A stretch of 64,000 bases of DNA, from positions 37,882,001 to 37,946,000 of the forward strand of contig NC_135763.1 of the NCBI RefSeq assembly GCF_052425735.1. Direction: 5' to 3'. The position numbers were made by a program, and so were the translations under genes. Below the pieces are notes generated by a model. It did not search any database and was not told the origin of the DNA. It saw only the letters and a list, made by a program, of their open reading frames with translations. The stretch is from Oculina patagonica. Lineage: Eukaryota. Shown here in pieces: positions 61,657 through 64,000 of the stretch; position 1 is the first letter of the stretch; every line of letters starts with the position of its first letter.

Positions 61657-63719
61657 ATGAATGAACTCAGTTTGAACTGTTTACCAGTCGGAGTGACATC
61701 AGCCGGAAAGAATGTCTACCCAGTATGCAACACGTGGGAAGAGTCCACAACAAATGCTGATGATGTCATAACCGAAAAGGGTAAATATATTTCAAAGTAA
61801 ATAAGGTTCATAACTCCATCAGAAAGATGGTTTTAAATAATAAAAAAAATTGTCTTTAAAAAAAAACCGCTCATACTTTAGAATAAACGCGTTAAACGTG
61901 CGGATGTGATGCTGAACTCTCAAATTAGCTTCCGTTTCACTGTATATTTATTTGACGAAAAATTAAGAAAAAAAAAACTAGAAAAATAAGGGACGGTGTA
62001 AGGGGGAAGCATTCTGGAAAAAACTGAGTCACTGACAAATATCCATATGAAAAAATAAATTAAAAATCACAACAATACCACAACTCATGACAACTCTCCC
62101 TCCCCCCCCCCCTAAAAAAAGAAATCGAATAATAAAAATTTCTTCTTTAATAAATGTGCCCCACATGCGGAAATCACCAGTTTCACACCAAAAACTTTAC
62201 ACATCTATCTGTCACATTTTATATTAGCGAACAGCCCCTAGGGCTTTCCACAAGTTGCTCGAGATTTCCCAAAAAGTTGCCCGTAATTTCTCAAAAATTG
62301 CTCAAAAGTTGCTCCAAAAATCCAAAAAAGTTGCTCCTGGTAATAAAAGTTGCTCGAAAGTTGCCCCAAAAAATCCAAAAAGCTGTTTCTAATCAAAAGA
62401 ATTTCTCTAGATATATCCTAACTCCCCTTTGAGGGTAACATTTCTAAGCTAATTTATGCAATTTACAGAAAAAAAGGGGAAAATTTGTTAAATAACATGA
62501 AATAATAAGGATTTCTTTAAGTAAGAAAGATCGTAAAGATATCTATGACGTCATGTTTGCTGACGAGTTATGTAACGGTTTTAAGGCAAAATGAGCCGAA
62601 AGTTGAAACGTCTTCAGACAATTTTCGGCAAACATCGTAAATCTTCGGAGACGTTCGTATGGCCTTTGACAACACTCGGATAATCTTCGGAGATCTTCGG
62701 TCAAGAAACTGCTCAAAATGCAACAAGTTGCTCGAGAGGAAAAAAGTTGCTCGAAGGGGAAAAAGTTGCTCGAAAGATGAAAAGTTGCCAAAAAGTTGCC
62801 GAGCAACTTGTGGAAAGCCTTAACAGCCCCCCCCCCCCCCCCCCCTCCCCCAACCTCCTGGGATGAACTTTCTCTTCGATGAGCGTGACATCAGTTGGAC
62901 GTTCTGTACCCTGTGGAAGGAATATGAAGATTAACATACCATATTTACTGAACAGGGGCTGACTCGTGTGTTCTGACTGGCTACCGTGAGGTCCAACCTG
63001 AAGGGTGTGGCAATGAACAAGTAGAGGGGAGTGGGGAAGAAGTCTTTCCATTTACAGAGAATCACGAACTGAGCTTCATGTATCCAGCCGTGAGACGGTT
63101 TTCCATCAACCTACTCGCTAATTTTGAAGGGTAAGAAATTTACTTATTTCCTCAGAGCCGTTAGCCTGCGATAGCAGACGGTTTTTTCGGCTCGAGCTCG
63201 AAAAAAGTCGTCTACAGTCTTAGTCATTCTCTATGTTGTGTTAGAATCCCTGATGTGTAACCTCTAATTACTGGCCGCGGTTTTGGAATGTCACGTGATC
63301 GGCGATAAATTCCAAGGAGATGTGTTGCAGGAAATGTAGTCACATAAAGCCTATTTTACTCAGAATCTAACGCAAAACAGGCGCCATTGAAGAGTTTATT
63401 TATGATCTTTGACTAATTTCACGGCGGTGATCTATGCCAGCCATGAATTCAGTAGAAACGGTTGCCGTAAAAGCGGCTTATAACGGGTAGGTTAGCACGC
63501 TGTTATGCGGCGTATTCTCATGTTATGCCGACGCCGAAATTCATGCAGTTTCGTTTCATTCGTTGTTAATCTTAATTGATTTTATCCATTATCTCAGGAC
63601 AATTATGGTTTTGTCAATGGAAACTCGTATCACTCTGGAAAAATTCTGCGATGACATGCGAGATATTTTCAAATTTGGCGAAGACGACGACTTCACCTTG
63701 AAATGGTTGGACGAAGAAG
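61657..63719 (+). CDS. 5' exons of an atypical-PKC-like PB1-domain gene (61657-61780, 63058-63130, 63598-63719); continues beyond the window
   Basis: Phase-compatible exons. GTIMVLSM...FCDDMRDIFKF...FTLKWLDEEG resembles the aPKC PB1/OPCA motif. Confidence 0.65.
62239..62822. mobile_element. hAT-type MITE
   Basis: TAGGGCTTTCCACAAGTTGCTCG TIRs, 8-bp TSD ACAGCCCC, subterminal AAAGTTGCTC repeats. Confidence 0.85.
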
Positions 63720-64000
63720 GTTAGTGCTAAGTATCTCTCGACATGTTAATTTTTTCCGCGTTCTAAACTGGTGTTTATTGATACGCTACCGATCTCGTCA
63801 CTTTAAATTTGTACTTCATAGTTTCTAATGATTTTATAAAAACATTTATATGGAATCGTGCTGAGCTTTTTGAAGCTCAATAATTAAGCAAAACTCGTGC
63901 ATCTGCAGTTGTTTTGTAAATAAACATTTTCATTTTTCGATCATCGCCGATCGTACGATGTCATACACGCTTCCAGTAAAATATATATTTAAACGTAGTG

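Overview
Eukaryotic animal genomic DNA. The intron-exon genes and repeat landscape suggest a cnidarian such as a coral (inference). The first third is a complete, apparently intact 20.3-kb Maverick/Polinton (adintovirus-like endogenous virus, 701-21042) with ~1.1-kb AGTAGT-terminated TIRs and a 6-bp TSD (CACATG). It is inserted inside the RT ORF of a LINE. It encodes pPolB, integrase, penton, major capsid, adenain protease, packaging ATPase, a parvovirus-type PLA2, several basic core-like proteins and accessory genes. Three features of this element stand out. First, polB appears to be a three-exon spliced gene. Second, its promoter lies just downstream of a dense cluster of NF-kB-like and STAT(GAS)-like sites, followed by a ~210-bp tandem array. 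Third, the morphogenesis genes are chained by ATGA stop/start overlaps. The rest is host DNA: a decayed Ngaro/DIRS-type retrotransposon in an intron of PPP1R7 (Sds22), PIGP head-to-head with PPP1R7, CAPZB, the 5' end of an aPKC-like PB1 gene, LINE and RLE-element fragments, tRNA-like repeats and many MITEs. All calls were made by eye with no database searches.
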